From positions 442-64,441 of the forward strand of contig LCIL01000001.1 in NCBI GenBank assembly GCA_001001045.1: 64,000 nt of DNA. The letters run 5' to 3'. The position numbers were made by a program, and so were the translations under genes. Each line of letters starts with the position of its first letter. The stretch's first letter is position 1. A model generated the notes under the pieces. It was not told the DNA's origin and did no database searches. It was given only the letters and a program-made list of their open reading frames with translations. Shown here in pieces: positions 47,379-56,965 of the stretch. Source of the stretch: Candidatus Woesebacteria bacterium GW2011_GWA1_44_23. Its GTDB lineage: Bacteria > Patescibacteriota > Microgenomatia > UBA8517.

Positions 47379-49547
47379 ATGGCAGAAGTAGCAAAGAAAA
47401 AGGCAGCAATAGTAATGACGGCAACAAAGGACCGTAATGTTTCCTATGAAAAAATCCGAAATATCGGTATTATTGCCCATATAGATGCCGGCAAGACCAC
47501 AACCACGGAAAGGCTTCTTTTTGAAACCGGAAGGACTTATAAATTAGGTTCTGTTGATGAAGGAACCACGGTTACCGACTGGATGGCTCAGGAAAGAGAG
47601 CGCGGAATTACGATTGTTTCTGCGGCAATTACCACTTTTTGGGATTTGAAAAAGGAATCTTCAGTCGGGGCCGGGCATTATAGAATTAATATTATCGACA
47701 CACCGGGTCATATCGACTTTACCGCCGAAGTCGAGCGTTCTTTGAGAGTTTTGGACGGGGCTTTAATGGTTTTTGACGGCCGTACGGGGGTTGAATCCCA
47801 ATCCGAAACGGTTTGGAGACAGGCGGATAGATATAATGTCCCCAGGATTTGCGTTTTAAATAAGCTCAATCTAATCGGAGCCAATTTTGAGGAATCAATA
47901 AAATCGATCCGGGAGCGCCTTGGAGCAAACGCCGCACCCGTAATAGTTCCCATCGGCCAGGAGCACGAACATAGAGGGGTTGTCGATTTAATTAAAATGA
48001 AAGCCTTCACATATAAAGATGTCGGCGATCATGAATTGACGGAGGAAGAAATTCCGGCAGAAGTTGCCGAAAGTGTTAAAAAATATAGAACAGAACTTCT
48101 TGAAAGAGCTGCCGAGTTTGACGATGAAGCACTTAGCCTTTTTTTGGAAGGTAAAGAAATCGGAGAGGTGATTCTGAAAAGAGCCATCCGTAAAGGAGTC
48201 ATTGCCGGAAAGTTTTTCCCCATTTTTGGCGGCGACAACAGAACCGCTGAGAGCCAACTGCTTCTGGACGGAGTTGTGGAATTTTTACCTTCCCCCCTGG
48301 ACCTTCCTCCCGTTGAAGGGGTTAATCCCAAAACCGGAGAAAAAGATACACGAGAGAGGGAAAATGAGGCTCCTTTTTCCGGCCTTGCCTTCAAAGTTAT
48401 GACGGATCCGCATGTAGGAAGACTTGTCTATGTCAGAATTTATTCCGGTACACTTTCCGCGGGTCAGCAGGTTTATAACTCCTCGGCTCAAAAGCCTGAA
48501 AGAATAGGGAAGCTAGTTCTTCTTCATGCGGACCAGAGGGAATTAATAGAAACCGCCTACGCTGGAGAAATAGTGGCTGTTGTCGGAATAAAAGATACAA
48601 CAACGGGTAATACATTATGCGATCCGGGGCACCCGATTATCCTTGAATCTATAAACTTTCCGGAGCCGGTTATTTCCCTGGCAATTGAGCCTGCCACCAA
48701 GAGTGACCAGGAAAAAATGGGACTGGCACTTAGTAAACTCTCCGATGAAGACCCCACTTTTAGAATTAAAAGTAATCCCGAAACGGGACAAACGATTATT
48801 TCCGGAATGGGAGAACTTCAATTGGAAGTTTTGGTAGACAGAATGAAAAGGGAGTTTAACGTTTTGGCCACAACCGGTGCTCCTCAGGTTGCATATAAAG
48901 AAACAGTCAAGAAAATCGGTGAGGGAGAGGGCAAATATATCCGTCAGACGGGAGGCCGGGGACAGTATGGACATTGCCTTATTAGACTCGAACCCATGGG
49001 ACGTGGAGAGGGATTTGAGTTCAAGAGTGAAATTAAGGGTGGGGCCATCCCTCAGGAATATATTTCCCCCATCGAAAGGGGTATCAAGGAAAAGATGGAA
49101 AACGGAGTTTTGGCGGGATTCCCTATGGTCGACATGAGGGCAGTTGTTTATGACGGAAGTTTCCACGAAGTTGATTCAAGCGAAATTGCTTTCAAAATTG
49201 CCGGATCAATGGCCCTGGAGGACGCATTCAGGAAAAGCGACCCGGTGCTTCTTGAGCCTATTATGAAGGTCGAAGTTTCAACCCCCGATGAATTTATGGG
49301 TGATGTAATCGGAGACCTTTCCAGTAAGAGGGCTCAGGTTTCCGGAACCGAGAAGCGCGGACTCATGACGGTTATAAACGCGACGGCACCTTTGGCCGAA
49401 CTTTCGGGTTATGCAACCAAACTTAGATCCCTGACTCAGGGCCGTGCCAGCTATTACATGGAACCCTCCCATTATGAAGAAGTACCGAAGAATATTTCCG
49501 AAGCAGTTATTGCCAAAGCGGGTAAAGTCGAAATGCCGAGGGGTTAG
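47379..49547 (+). CDS. fusA: Elongation factor G with non-canonical G4/G5 motifs
   Basis: AHIDAGKTT, ERGITI, DTPGH, GMGELQLE, GSFHEVDSS; str operon position. Confidence 0.98.
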   Translation: MAEVAKKKAAIVMTATKDRNVSYEKIRNIGIIAHIDAGKTTTTERLLFETGRTYKLGSVDEGTTVTDWMAQERERGITIVSAAITTFWDLKKESSVGAGHYRINIIDTPGHIDFTAEVERSLRVLDGALMVFDGRTGVESQSETVWRQADRYNVPRICVLNKLNLIGANFEESIKSIRERLGANAAPVIVPIGQEHEHRGVVDLIKMKAFTYKDVGDHELTEEEIPAEVAESVKKYRTELLERAAEFDDEALSLFLEGKEIGEVILKRAIRKGVIAGKFFPIFGGDNRTAESQLLLDGVVEFLPSPLDLPPVEGVNPKTGEKDTRERENEAPFSGLAFKVMTDPHVGRLVYVRIYSGTLSAGQQVYNSSAQKPERIGKLVLLHADQRELIETAYAGEIVAVVGIKDTTTGNTLCDPGHPIILESINFPEPVISLAIEPATKSDQEKMGLALSKLSDEDPTFRIKSNPETGQTIISGMGELQLEVLVDRMKREFNVLATTGAPQVAYKETVKKIGEGEGKYIRQTGGRGQYGHCLIRLEPMGRGEGFEFKSEIKGGAIPQEYISPIERGIKEKMENGVLAGFPMVDMRAVVYDGSFHEVDSSEIAFKIAGSMALEDAFRKSDPVLLEPIMKVEVSTPDEFMGDVIGDLSSKRAQVSGTEKRGLMTVINATAPLAELSGYATKLRSLTQGRASYYMEPSHYEEVPKNISEAVIAKAGKVEMPRG

Positions 49548-49561
49548 AATTAAGATGGCAC

Positions 49562-49590
49562 TTGACTGCCTAATTAGCCTCGGATATAAT
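49562..49590 (+). promoter_or_regulatory. Internal sigma70 promoter for tuf
   Basis: TTGACT-17-TATAAT, 16 nt before the ATG. Confidence 0.8.
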
Positions 49591-49606
49591 ACACACTTGT
49601 ACACAT

Positions 49607-50800
49607 ATGGCAGGAGAAGCTAAGAAAAAATTTGAAAGAGTGAAGCCGCACGTAAATATAGGCACCATCGGTCATGTCGACCATGGTAAGACAACCTTGA
49701 CCAGTGCCATCACCATGGTTTTGGCCAAAAAAGGACTTGCCGTTGCCAAAAAATACGAAGATATCGATTCAGCTCCGGAGGAAAGAGAACGCGGTGTCAC
49801 GATTAACCTCTCCCACCAGGAATACGAAACAGAAAAACGCCACTACGCCCACATCGACGCTCCAGGTCACGCGGATTACATCAAAAACATGATCACGGGT
49901 GCCGCCCAAATGGACGGAGCTATCTTGGTTGTCTCCGCGGCTGATGGGCCAATGCCTCAGACAAGAGAACATGTTATTTTGGCCAAACAGGTAAACGTCC
50001 CGGCAATCGTAGTTTTCCTTAACAAAGTCGACATGGTAGACGATAAGGAACTGATTGATTTGGTCGAAGCCGATGTCCGTGAACTTCTTAAGAAGTACGG
50101 TTATCCGGGAGATGAGGTGCCAGTCATTAGGGGTTCTGCCTTGAAGGCCGTTGAAGGCGATGCTGAAGCCGAAAAGGAAATAGTTGCCTTAATGGAGGCG
50201 GTTGATAAATACATCCCGGATCCGGTGCGTGAAGTGGATAAGCCTTTCTTAATGGCTGTAGAGGACGTCTTTACCATTCAAGGACGCGGTACGGTCGTTA
50301 CAGGACGTGTGGATAGAGGTAAAATCAAGGTCAATGAAGAGATAGAAATTGTGGGACTTAAAGCTACACAAAAGTCAGTTGTTACCGGACTTGAAATGTT
50401 CAGAAAAACTCTGGATGAGGCTATGGCCGGAGACAACATTGGAGTATTACTTCGTGGAATTGAAAAAGATCAAGTAGAACGCGGACAAGTTTTAGCTAAG
50501 ACCGGTTCCTTGACTCCTCACACAGAATTTGAGGCCGAAGTTTATATTTTAAGCAAGGAGGAAGGTGGACGTCACACTCCATTTTTCACAGGCTATAAGC
50601 CTCAGTTCTACATCAAGACCGCCGATATTACGGGTGAGGCCACTCTTCCCGAGGGAATTGAGATGGTTATGCCTGGGGATAATGCCAAGATGAAGATCAA
50701 ACTTATTTCCCCCGTAGCCATGGAAGAAGGATTCAGATTCGCAATTCGTGAAGGCGGTCACACTGTTGGCGATGGAGTAATCACAAAGATAATCGCCTAA
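49607..50800 (+). CDS. tuf: Elongation factor Tu
   Basis: [21 protein letters not shown]. Confidence 0.99.
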   Translation: MAGEAKKKFERVKPHVNIGTIGHVDHGKTTLTSAITMVLAKKGLAVAKKYEDIDSAPEERERGVTINLSHQEYETEKRHYAHIDAPGHADYIKNMITGAAQMDGAILVVSAADGPMPQTREHVILAKQVNVPAIVVFLNKVDMVDDKELIDLVEADVRELLKKYGYPGDEVPVIRGSALKAVEGDAEAEKEIVALMEAVDKYIPDPVREVDKPFLMAVEDVFTIQGRGTVVTGRVDRGKIKVNEEIEIVGLKATQKSVVTGLEMFRKTLDEAMAGDNIGVLLRGIEKDQVERGQVLAKTGSLTPHTEFEAEVYILSKEEGGRHTPFFTGYKPQFYIKTADITGEATLPEGIEMVMPGDNAKMKIKLISPVAMEEGFRFAIREGGHTVGDGVITKIIA

Positions 50801-50819
50801 AGTAAGCACATTAACCTAG

Positions 50820-51120
50820 ATGGCAAGCTCAAGACTTAGAGTAAAACTCAAAAGTTACGATCATCGAGTTTTAGACGAGGCGGCAGCAAAGATAATCGAT
50901 ACCTACTGGTGCGAAAATAGTCGGACCGATACCCCTCCCCACCAACAGGACCATGATGGCCATCAAGGAATCTCCATTTACAGACAAAGACGCACAGGAA
51001 CACTACGAAGTTTTGGTGCACAAAAGACTGATAGATATAATTGACCCTTCCCCTAGGACTGTTGATTCTCTTGGAAATCTTGATCTCCCCGCCGGAGTTT
51101 CCATTGAGATTAAGATGTAA
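50820..51120 (+). CDS. rpsJ: 30S ribosomal protein S10, frameshifted by an apparent 8-nt deletion at 50904
   Basis: [13 protein letters not shown]...IIDT, then from 50905 [13 protein letters not shown]...HKRLIDI...[13 protein letters not shown]. Confidence 0.92.
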
Positions 51121-51994
51121 AGGTCCTTCCTTTCACATTAACTTTACACCACAGGGGATTATCCACAACGATTGAAGCCCTCCAGAAAAAGTTATAGATA
51201 TAGGCAGGCAAAATAGGCTCAAAGTATTTCATACACGGCCTTAAAATTTTGGCCAAATTCCAAACAAAATCCGGGGTTTTGATTTGGCTATACATTTTTC
51301 CCTTTCCAGTTGCAATTTCTTTAAATATTTCCGACAGGGTTAATTTTTGTGCTGCTATGGATACTATTCTTGGTTTTTCAGGGGCAGCCAAGGAAGATTT
51401 TAAAATAAATTTCGCCGCGTCTTCAACATTAATTAATGCCACTTTTCCCGGCCAATTTAGCCTCGAAAATGGCGAATTTTTATCTACGAGATTCCTCAAG
51501 AAGTTTAAAAAGCTGTTTTTTCTAGGATTTTCTCCCCAAACAGTCGGGAGTCTTATGATCGTCAATCTGAATTTTTGTTTTTTAGCCGCCTCCAAAAGTA
51601 TTTTTTCGGCTTCAAGTTTTGTTTTTCCGTATCTGTTGTTTGTTGCCGGTTTTGTTTTTCCGTCAATTGGTTTAACCGTATCCCGTCTTCCTGAAAAAAC
51701 TGCTTGAGAACTTGTAAATACAAAGTGTGTTTTTGGACCGATATTTTTTAGATTTTTGATCAAATTAGTGGTACCGGTATCATTGCACCTCTGGTCGGAC
51801 TTTGCGGTATCGGTTGCAGCCGCCATGTGGATAATTAATCTGGGACTGTCCGGAAGCCTGCCGAGATTTTTACCGGTTACAAGATCATATTTACTCTTAT
51901 ACACGAAAAATATTTCTTCATTTTTGTACCTCTTCTTAAGTAGCGGGGTAAGATAACTTCCAATAAACCCCGTTCCTCCCGTAACGATAATCAT
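51110..51994 (-). CDS. NAD-dependent epimerase/dehydratase (extended SDR)
   Basis: [20 protein letters not shown]. Confidence 0.9.
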   Translation of the reverse strand: MIIVTGGTGFIGSYLTPLLKKRYKNEEIFFVYKSKYDLVTGKNLGRLPDSPRLIIHMAAATDTAKSDQRCNDTGTTNLIKNLKNIGPKTHFVFTSSQAVFSGRRDTVKPIDGKTKPATNNRYGKTKLEAEKILLEAAKKQKFRLTIIRLPTVWGENPRKNSFLNFLRNLVDKNSPFSRLNWPGKVALINVEDAAKFILKSSLAAPEKPRIVSIAAQKLTLSEIFKEIATGKGKMYSQIKTPDFVWNLAKILRPCMKYFEPILPAYIYNFFWRASIVVDNPLWCKVNVKGRTFTS

Positions 51995-52014
51995 TAGGCT
52001 ATAATACCGCTAGG

Positions 52015-52992
52015 ATGCAAAAACATAAATGGTTAATAATCTCGTTGGTTTTGTCCGTATTTTTGATGTTTTTTCGGTTTAGCCATGGAATTATTCAACA
52101 GGACAACTATACAGGTTATGCCCAAGCTCTGCCCGACTCAGTCAGTAAAATTTCCTTTTTTGAGTCACGTCTTTTCCCGGGTCTGCCGATTTTGATTTAT
52201 TTAGCTACTTTTCTTGTACAAAATTATTACCTGGCCGGCTATCTGATAACATCGCTTTCATTCATTGGATCCTATTTTTTGCTTTACAAACTCACAAATT
52301 CAAAATTGAGCATCCTGCCCTTGGTTTTTCCGCCGGTTCTACTAAACATTGCGTCTTTAATTGATACGGAATTCCCCTTTATTTTCCTAATACTTTTAGG
52401 GTACTTTTTAATCAAAAAGGAAAAGTTTGCCTGGGCGTTTATGGCTATCGGCCTTTCGGTTTGGTTTAGGCTTGCGGGGGTGGCGGTAATGGCGGGTGTT
52501 TTTATGTATTTTCTAATCGAAAAGCGTCTAAGGAAGTTTGTTACTTATTTGCCTTATTTTTTGATTCCTGTTGCAGCTTTCCTAATATACAATGTTTATT
52601 TTTTCGGCCCCGCCAATCCCTTTTATCAGGTCTTTACTTACAAGGCGCTACACCCCGCGAGGATCAGTCTCGGTGTGATTCAACTGGCTGAAGATTTACT
52701 GCGTGCCTTTAGATGGGGTTGGTATAGGATTCTCATTTCAGGTTTGGCGTATATGCTTCTTTTTGCCGTCTTGTGGGTGAAATCGATTAAGATCAGAAGT
52801 TTGCCATTCTGGATAATTACAGGAATTTATTTTTTCACTTTAACGGTGAACCTGGTGCCCTTTCTGGAAAACTTAGGCAGGTATCTTGCTCCTACGGTTC
52901 CCCTTTTTTGGATTATTTTTCACAGCAGGGTAAAAAGCAACAAATGGGTATATTTTTTACTGCCTGTTTCGTTTGTCGTGGCCATCCTTTAG
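52015..52992 (+). CDS. Multi-pass membrane protein, probable GT-C glycosyltransferase
   Basis: DNYTGY, LFPGLP, TEFPF, WFR, RYLAP pattern. Confidence 0.7.
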   Translation: MQKHKWLIISLVLSVFLMFFRFSHGIIQQDNYTGYAQALPDSVSKISFFESRLFPGLPILIYLATFLVQNYYLAGYLITSLSFIGSYFLLYKLTNSKLSILPLVFPPVLLNIASLIDTEFPFIFLILLGYFLIKKEKFAWAFMAIGLSVWFRLAGVAVMAGVFMYFLIEKRLRKFVTYLPYFLIPVAAFLIYNVYFFGPANPFYQVFTYKALHPARISLGVIQLAEDLLRAFRWGWYRILISGLAYMLLFAVLWVKSIKIRSLPFWIITGIYFFTLTVNLVPFLENLGRYLAPTVPLFWIIFHSRVKSNKWVYFLLPVSFVVAIL

Positions 52993-52998
52993 CCACTC

Positions 52999-53166
52999 TT
53001 GCGTGACCCCGCTCCATTTGGTATAATTCCCCTCGTAACATGCAAGTGGTTATGATAACAATTAGCCACGGTTGATCTTCAAGGTAGCCTTCCCAGGCGC
53101 CCTTTGAAGGCGCCTTTTTTTCGTTTACTGGCCCCGGAGCGTAAGCCGAGGGGTTCCAAAACCAAA
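52999..53166 (+). promoter_or_regulatory. rplC operon promoter and attenuator-like leader
   Basis: TTGCGT-17-TATAAT with extended TG; hairpin 53046-53069; terminator AGGCGCC/GGCGCCT plus T run 53095-53121; competing stem CTTCAAGG/CTTTGAAG. Confidence 0.8.
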
Positions 53167-53949
53167 ATGATTAATACCATATTAGGTTCAAAAGGAGTTA
53201 GTTCGCAGACCTTCATAGAAGGTTTTAGGATTCCCGTCACAAAAGTAGCGGCGGGACCTTGTGTCGTGACCCAGATTAAAAAAATGGACAGGGACGGCTA
53301 CTGGGCAATCCAACTCGGTTTTTCCTCAAAGAGGGCCAAAAATACTTCAAAACCGCTCCAAGGACACCTTAAAACAACCTCAAAAGATCAAACGTTCCCA
53401 CGATACATAAAAGAAGTTAGGGTGGAAAAGGAACCCGAATTTAAAATCGGAGATACGATAGTAGCCTCAGACGTTTTTAAACCGGGGGATGTTGTAGCCG
53501 TAACCGGAATATCAAAAGGTAAGGGGTTTGCCGGGGTAGTTAAGAAACATCATTTTAGAGGTGGTCCCCGAACCCACGGGCAGAGTGACCGTGAACGCGC
53601 ACCGGGATCGATCGGACAAACCACGACCCCCGGAAGGGTTTATAAAGGTAAAAAAATGGCGGGAAGAATGGGCGGAGTGCAGGCTACAATAAAAAATTTA
53701 CATATTGTTTCCGTTAATGCGGATAGCGGAGAAATTGAAATTTCAGGTCAAGTCCCGGGCAACTCTGGGTCTTTGATTTCTATTAAGAAAATCAAATCGG
53801 GAAGTCTTAAAGAGCTTGAGCGCGAAGTGGTTGCGCAGGTAGTTGAGGGTGAAGCTCCTGCCGAGGAAAATGCGGCTCCCGCAGGCCAAGAAAAACCCGC
53901 CGAGGAGCCAAAAACCGAAGCTCCCGCGACAGAGGCTGTTAAAGAATAA
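53167..53949 (+). CDS. rplC: 50S ribosomal protein L3
   Basis: DGYWAIQLGF, KGKGFAGVVK, RAPGSIG, KGKKMAGRMG; acidic C-terminal extension. Confidence 0.97.
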   Translation: MINTILGSKGVSSQTFIEGFRIPVTKVAAGPCVVTQIKKMDRDGYWAIQLGFSSKRAKNTSKPLQGHLKTTSKDQTFPRYIKEVRVEKEPEFKIGDTIVASDVFKPGDVVAVTGISKGKGFAGVVKKHHFRGGPRTHGQSDRERAPGSIGQTTTPGRVYKGKKMAGRMGGVQATIKNLHIVSVNADSGEIEISGQVPGNSGSLISIKKIKSGSLKELEREVVAQVVEGEAPAEENAAPAGQEKPAEEPKTEAPATEAVKE

Positions 53950-53951
53950 AC

Positions 53952-54623
53952 ATGACCAAAATACAAGAATATACATCCAAAGGAGTAAAAGCGGGAGAAC
54001 AAACTCTCCCGAAGGAATTCGATCAAAAGATCAATATGGCTCTTTTAGCTCAGGTGGTACATGTTTTTGAAGAGAGATCCCACGTGGGTTTGAGAAAAAC
54101 CAAAACCAGAGCCGAGATTAACAGGACAACCAAAAAAGTTTACAAACAAAAAGGCACAGGCGGAGCGCGTCATGGAAGCCGAAGGGCTAATCTTTTTGTC
54201 GGTGGAGGTGTTGCTCTCGGGCCAAGACCGGTCAGAAGAGTTCTGAACATCTCAGATAAAATGAAAGAGCGTGCCAGACTTTTTGCCTACAATCTAAAAG
54301 CAAGTGAGGGCAATCTGGTTTTGGTAAAAGGTCTTTCCAAAATCGACAAGACCAAGTCTGTCTCGGAGCTTTGTAATGCTTTAACACAGGCGACCGGTGC
54401 CAAAAGATTCACCCTTATTCTTTCCGATGGGGGCAGAGACGTTGTCAAATATTTCAGAAATTTCAACTCAGCCAGCGCAATTTTTTGGAGGAACGCAAAC
54501 GCATACGACATTTTTGGCGGAGGGATGATAGTTTTGGATTCAGAAATTTTTCCAAAAAAGGTTGAAGCTAAGGCGAAAAAGGTTCAAGTTAAGGCAAAAG
54601 AGACGGTTAGTAAAGCTAAATAA
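53952..54623 (+). CDS. rplD: 50S ribosomal protein L4
   Basis: KQKGTGGARHGS, GGGVALGP. Confidence 0.96.
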   Translation: MTKIQEYTSKGVKAGEQTLPKEFDQKINMALLAQVVHVFEERSHVGLRKTKTRAEINRTTKKVYKQKGTGGARHGSRRANLFVGGGVALGPRPVRRVLNISDKMKERARLFAYNLKASEGNLVLVKGLSKIDKTKSVSELCNALTQATGAKRFTLILSDGGRDVVKYFRNFNSASAIFWRNANAYDIFGGGMIVLDSEIFPKKVEAKAKKVQVKAKETVSKAK

Positions 54624-54627
54624 CTAA

Positions 54628-54903
54628 ATGATTAAGCCAATATTTACGGAAAAAAGCCTAAAAGCGGCCAAACTCGGCAATTACACATTTCGGGTTGAGC
54701 CCAGGATGGACAAAAAGAAGATCGCGGCAGAAGTCGCCGAGATCTTTGGGGTTACCGTAACTGGGGTAAGGACGATAAAAACCGGTGGGGAAAAGGGCAG
54801 AAATGCCCGCGGTAGGAACTTTTCGGTAAAAGCCAGTAAAAAGGCAATAATAACGCTTAAAGAAGGAGAAAAGATAGACATTTTTGAGGAGGGTAAAAAG
54901 TGA
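54628..54903 (+). CDS. rplW: 50S ribosomal protein L23
   Basis: PIFTEKS, KKAIITL. Confidence 0.95.
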   Translation: MIKPIFTEKSLKAAKLGNYTFRVEPRMDKKKIAAEVAEIFGVTVTGVRTIKTGGEKGRNARGRNFSVKASKKAIITLKEGEKIDIFEEGKK

Positions 54904-55652
54904 AAAAATTAAAGACAATCTTACCAAAACAATCAGGACGCTCCCGCGGTAGAGTCACCGTAAGACACCAGGGAGGACGTGAGAAAAGGTTTCTCCGTCT
55001 TATCGATGCCAAAAGGAGCAAGAAAGATGTTTGGGGAAGGGTTTTGGCTATTGAATACGATCCCAATAGAAATGCCGAGGTAGCTTTGATATTATACGAA
55101 GACGGTGAAAGGCGCTATATCATTTGTCCGGAGGGGTTAACGGTTGGAGCCAAAGTTATAGCTTCGGAAGTGGCGCCGGTCGAGGTAGGCAACGCACTTC
55201 CCCTAAAAGCTATTCCGGTGGGAACTGCGATTCATAATATTGAGATATATAAAGGCAAAGGCGGGCAGATGGTTAAGGGAGCCGGAAGTGCAGCTACCGT
55301 TTTTGGTAAAGATGAAACTTGGGTTTTGGTTAAACTTCCGTCGGGGGAGATTAGGAGATTTGATCCGGAATGCATTGCAGAAATCGGACAAGTCGGAAAC
55401 ATTGACGCCAAGCATGAAGTTTTACATAAAGCCGGCAGGGTCAGACACATGGGAATCCGCCCGTCAGTACGGGGTACCGCAATGAATCCTCATTCACACC
55501 CGCACGGAGGCGGAGAAGGTAGAAGCGGAGTCGGAATGAAGTATCCAAAGACTGTTTACGGAAGACGTGCAGTAGGGAAAACCCGAAACAAAAAGAAATA
55601 TTCCAACCGTTTGATAATTCAAAGAAGAGGAGGTAAGGCAATTTTAGGCTAA
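54900..55652 (+). CDS. rplB: 50S ribosomal protein L2 (N-terminally short)
   Basis: IEYDPNR, VRGTAMNPHSHPHGGGEG. Confidence 0.97.
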   Translation: MKKLKTILPKQSGRSRGRVTVRHQGGREKRFLRLIDAKRSKKDVWGRVLAIEYDPNRNAEVALILYEDGERRYIICPEGLTVGAKVIASEVAPVEVGNALPLKAIPVGTAIHNIEIYKGKGGQMVKGAGSAATVFGKDETWVLVKLPSGEIRRFDPECIAEIGQVGNIDAKHEVLHKAGRVRHMGIRPSVRGTAMNPHSHPHGGGEGRSGVGMKYPKTVYGRRAVGKTRNKKKYSNRLIIQRRGGKAILG

Positions 55653-55655
55653 CTT

Positions 55656-55870
55656 ATGTCAAGAAGTTCTAAAAAAGGTCCGTTTGTAGACCCGATACTG
55701 GTCAAAAAAATTGAAAAAGGAATGGGGCTTAAGGAGAGTCCGATTAAGACGTGGTCAAGAAGATGCAGGCTTCCGAAGACATGGTAGGTCACGCCTTGGG
55801 TGAATTTTCGCCCACAAGAACATTTAGAGGACATGGAGAAATAGTAAAAAGGACGCTTGAGAAGACGTAA
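55656..55870 (+). CDS. rpsS: 30S ribosomal protein S19, disrupted by an internal deletion/frameshift near 55768 (not in ORF track)
   Basis: [12 protein letters not shown]...IKTWSRR, then in another frame [21 protein letters not shown]...; the central VHNGK segment is missing. Confidence 0.9.
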
Positions 55871-56307
55871 TGCAAATGGATAAAGAATTTAAAGCAACAC
55901 AAAAATATCTTTTGATGAGTCCTAGAAAAATCAGGCTAGTTGTGGGGATTGTCAAAAAGATGAAGCCGGTAGAAGCCATAGAGAAGTTGCCTTTTGTTCA
56001 AAAAAGAGCAGGGTCAGAGCTTGCCAAAGTTATAAAAAGCGCCATTGCCTCCGCAAAAAATGCGGGAGTAAGTGAGACCGACTTGGTTTTTAAGGAGATT
56101 CAGATAGGTGAGGGACCAAGACTTAAAAGGGGAAGAGCTGCCAGCCGCGGTATGTGGCATCCTTTCAAAAGAAGAATGAGCCATATCAGAGTAATTTTGG
56201 CATCAACCAAGCCTCAGGCAGAAAAGAAAGAGGAAAAACTGGCTGAGATAAAAGTGAAAGTTGAAAAACCAGCCGAGAAGGTCAAGGAAAAAGAGGTAAA
56301 AAAATAA
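55870..56307 (+). CDS. rplV: 50S ribosomal protein L22
   Basis: SPRKIRLV, GPRLKR, SHIRVIL. Confidence 0.96.
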   Translation: MQMDKEFKATQKYLLMSPRKIRLVVGIVKKMKPVEAIEKLPFVQKRAGSELAKVIKSAIASAKNAGVSETDLVFKEIQIGEGPRLKRGRAASRGMWHPFKRRMSHIRVILASTKPQAEKKEEKLAEIKVKVEKPAEKVKEKEVKK

Positions 56308-56308
56308 T

Positions 56309-56959
56309 ATGGGACAAAAAGTCAATCCAACCGGTATAAGAATAGGCCATTTCCTCCCTTGGAAATCAAGGTGGTTTGGTGATCAGGGAAGTTTCAAAGA
56401 TTTTTTGATTGAGGATATAAGAATCAGAAAAGGTCTTACCAAAAAATTGAAGCTGGCGGGCATAACCGGAGTGGAAATTGAAAGACTCCCAAAGAGCATG
56501 GTAGTAATCATTACCGTAAGCCGGCCAGGAGTCGTAATCGGCCGCGGCGGAACCGGAATAGAGGATGTTAAAAAGTATATCTTGGGAATTATGAGTGAAG
56601 TCAGGGGCAAAGTTGTAAAAGACCTTAAAATTGACATCAGAATTAATGAGGTTAAAAATCCGGAACTATCGGCATATTTAGTCGCAGAAAGAATCGCTGG
56701 GGAGATGGAGAGAAGAATACCTCACAGGCGCGCAACGCAAAAGGCGATGGAAAGAGTGATGGCCTCGGGGGCTCTGGGGGTTAAGGTGGTTATCGGAGGA
56801 CGTATTAATGGAGCGGAAATCAGCCGGGTTGAAAAGTTCCATCAGGGGTCGGTTCCGGCACAAACCTTAAGAGAAATCATTGATTATGCACAGGTTCCGG
56901 CGCTACTCCAGAGAGGCTACGTCGGAGTTAAAGTCTGGATACATAAAAAGCAGGAGTAA
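56309..56959 (+). CDS. rpsC: 30S ribosomal protein S3
   Basis: MGQKVNP, RPGVVIGRGG, GRINGAEI, GVKVWI. Confidence 0.98.
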   Translation: MGQKVNPTGIRIGHFLPWKSRWFGDQGSFKDFLIEDIRIRKGLTKKLKLAGITGVEIERLPKSMVVIITVSRPGVVIGRGGTGIEDVKKYILGIMSEVRGKVVKDLKIDIRINEVKNPELSAYLVAERIAGEMERRIPHRRATQKAMERVMASGALGVKVVIGGRINGAEISRVEKFHQGSVPAQTLREIIDYAQVPALLQRGYVGVKVWIHKKQE

Positions 56960-56965
56960 ATTAAA

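Noticed and set aside
50895-55775. Programmed frameshifting or introns as the explanation for broken rpsJ and rpsS
   Set aside because: Conserved residues are missing rather than interrupted, and there is no slippery site or inserted sequence.
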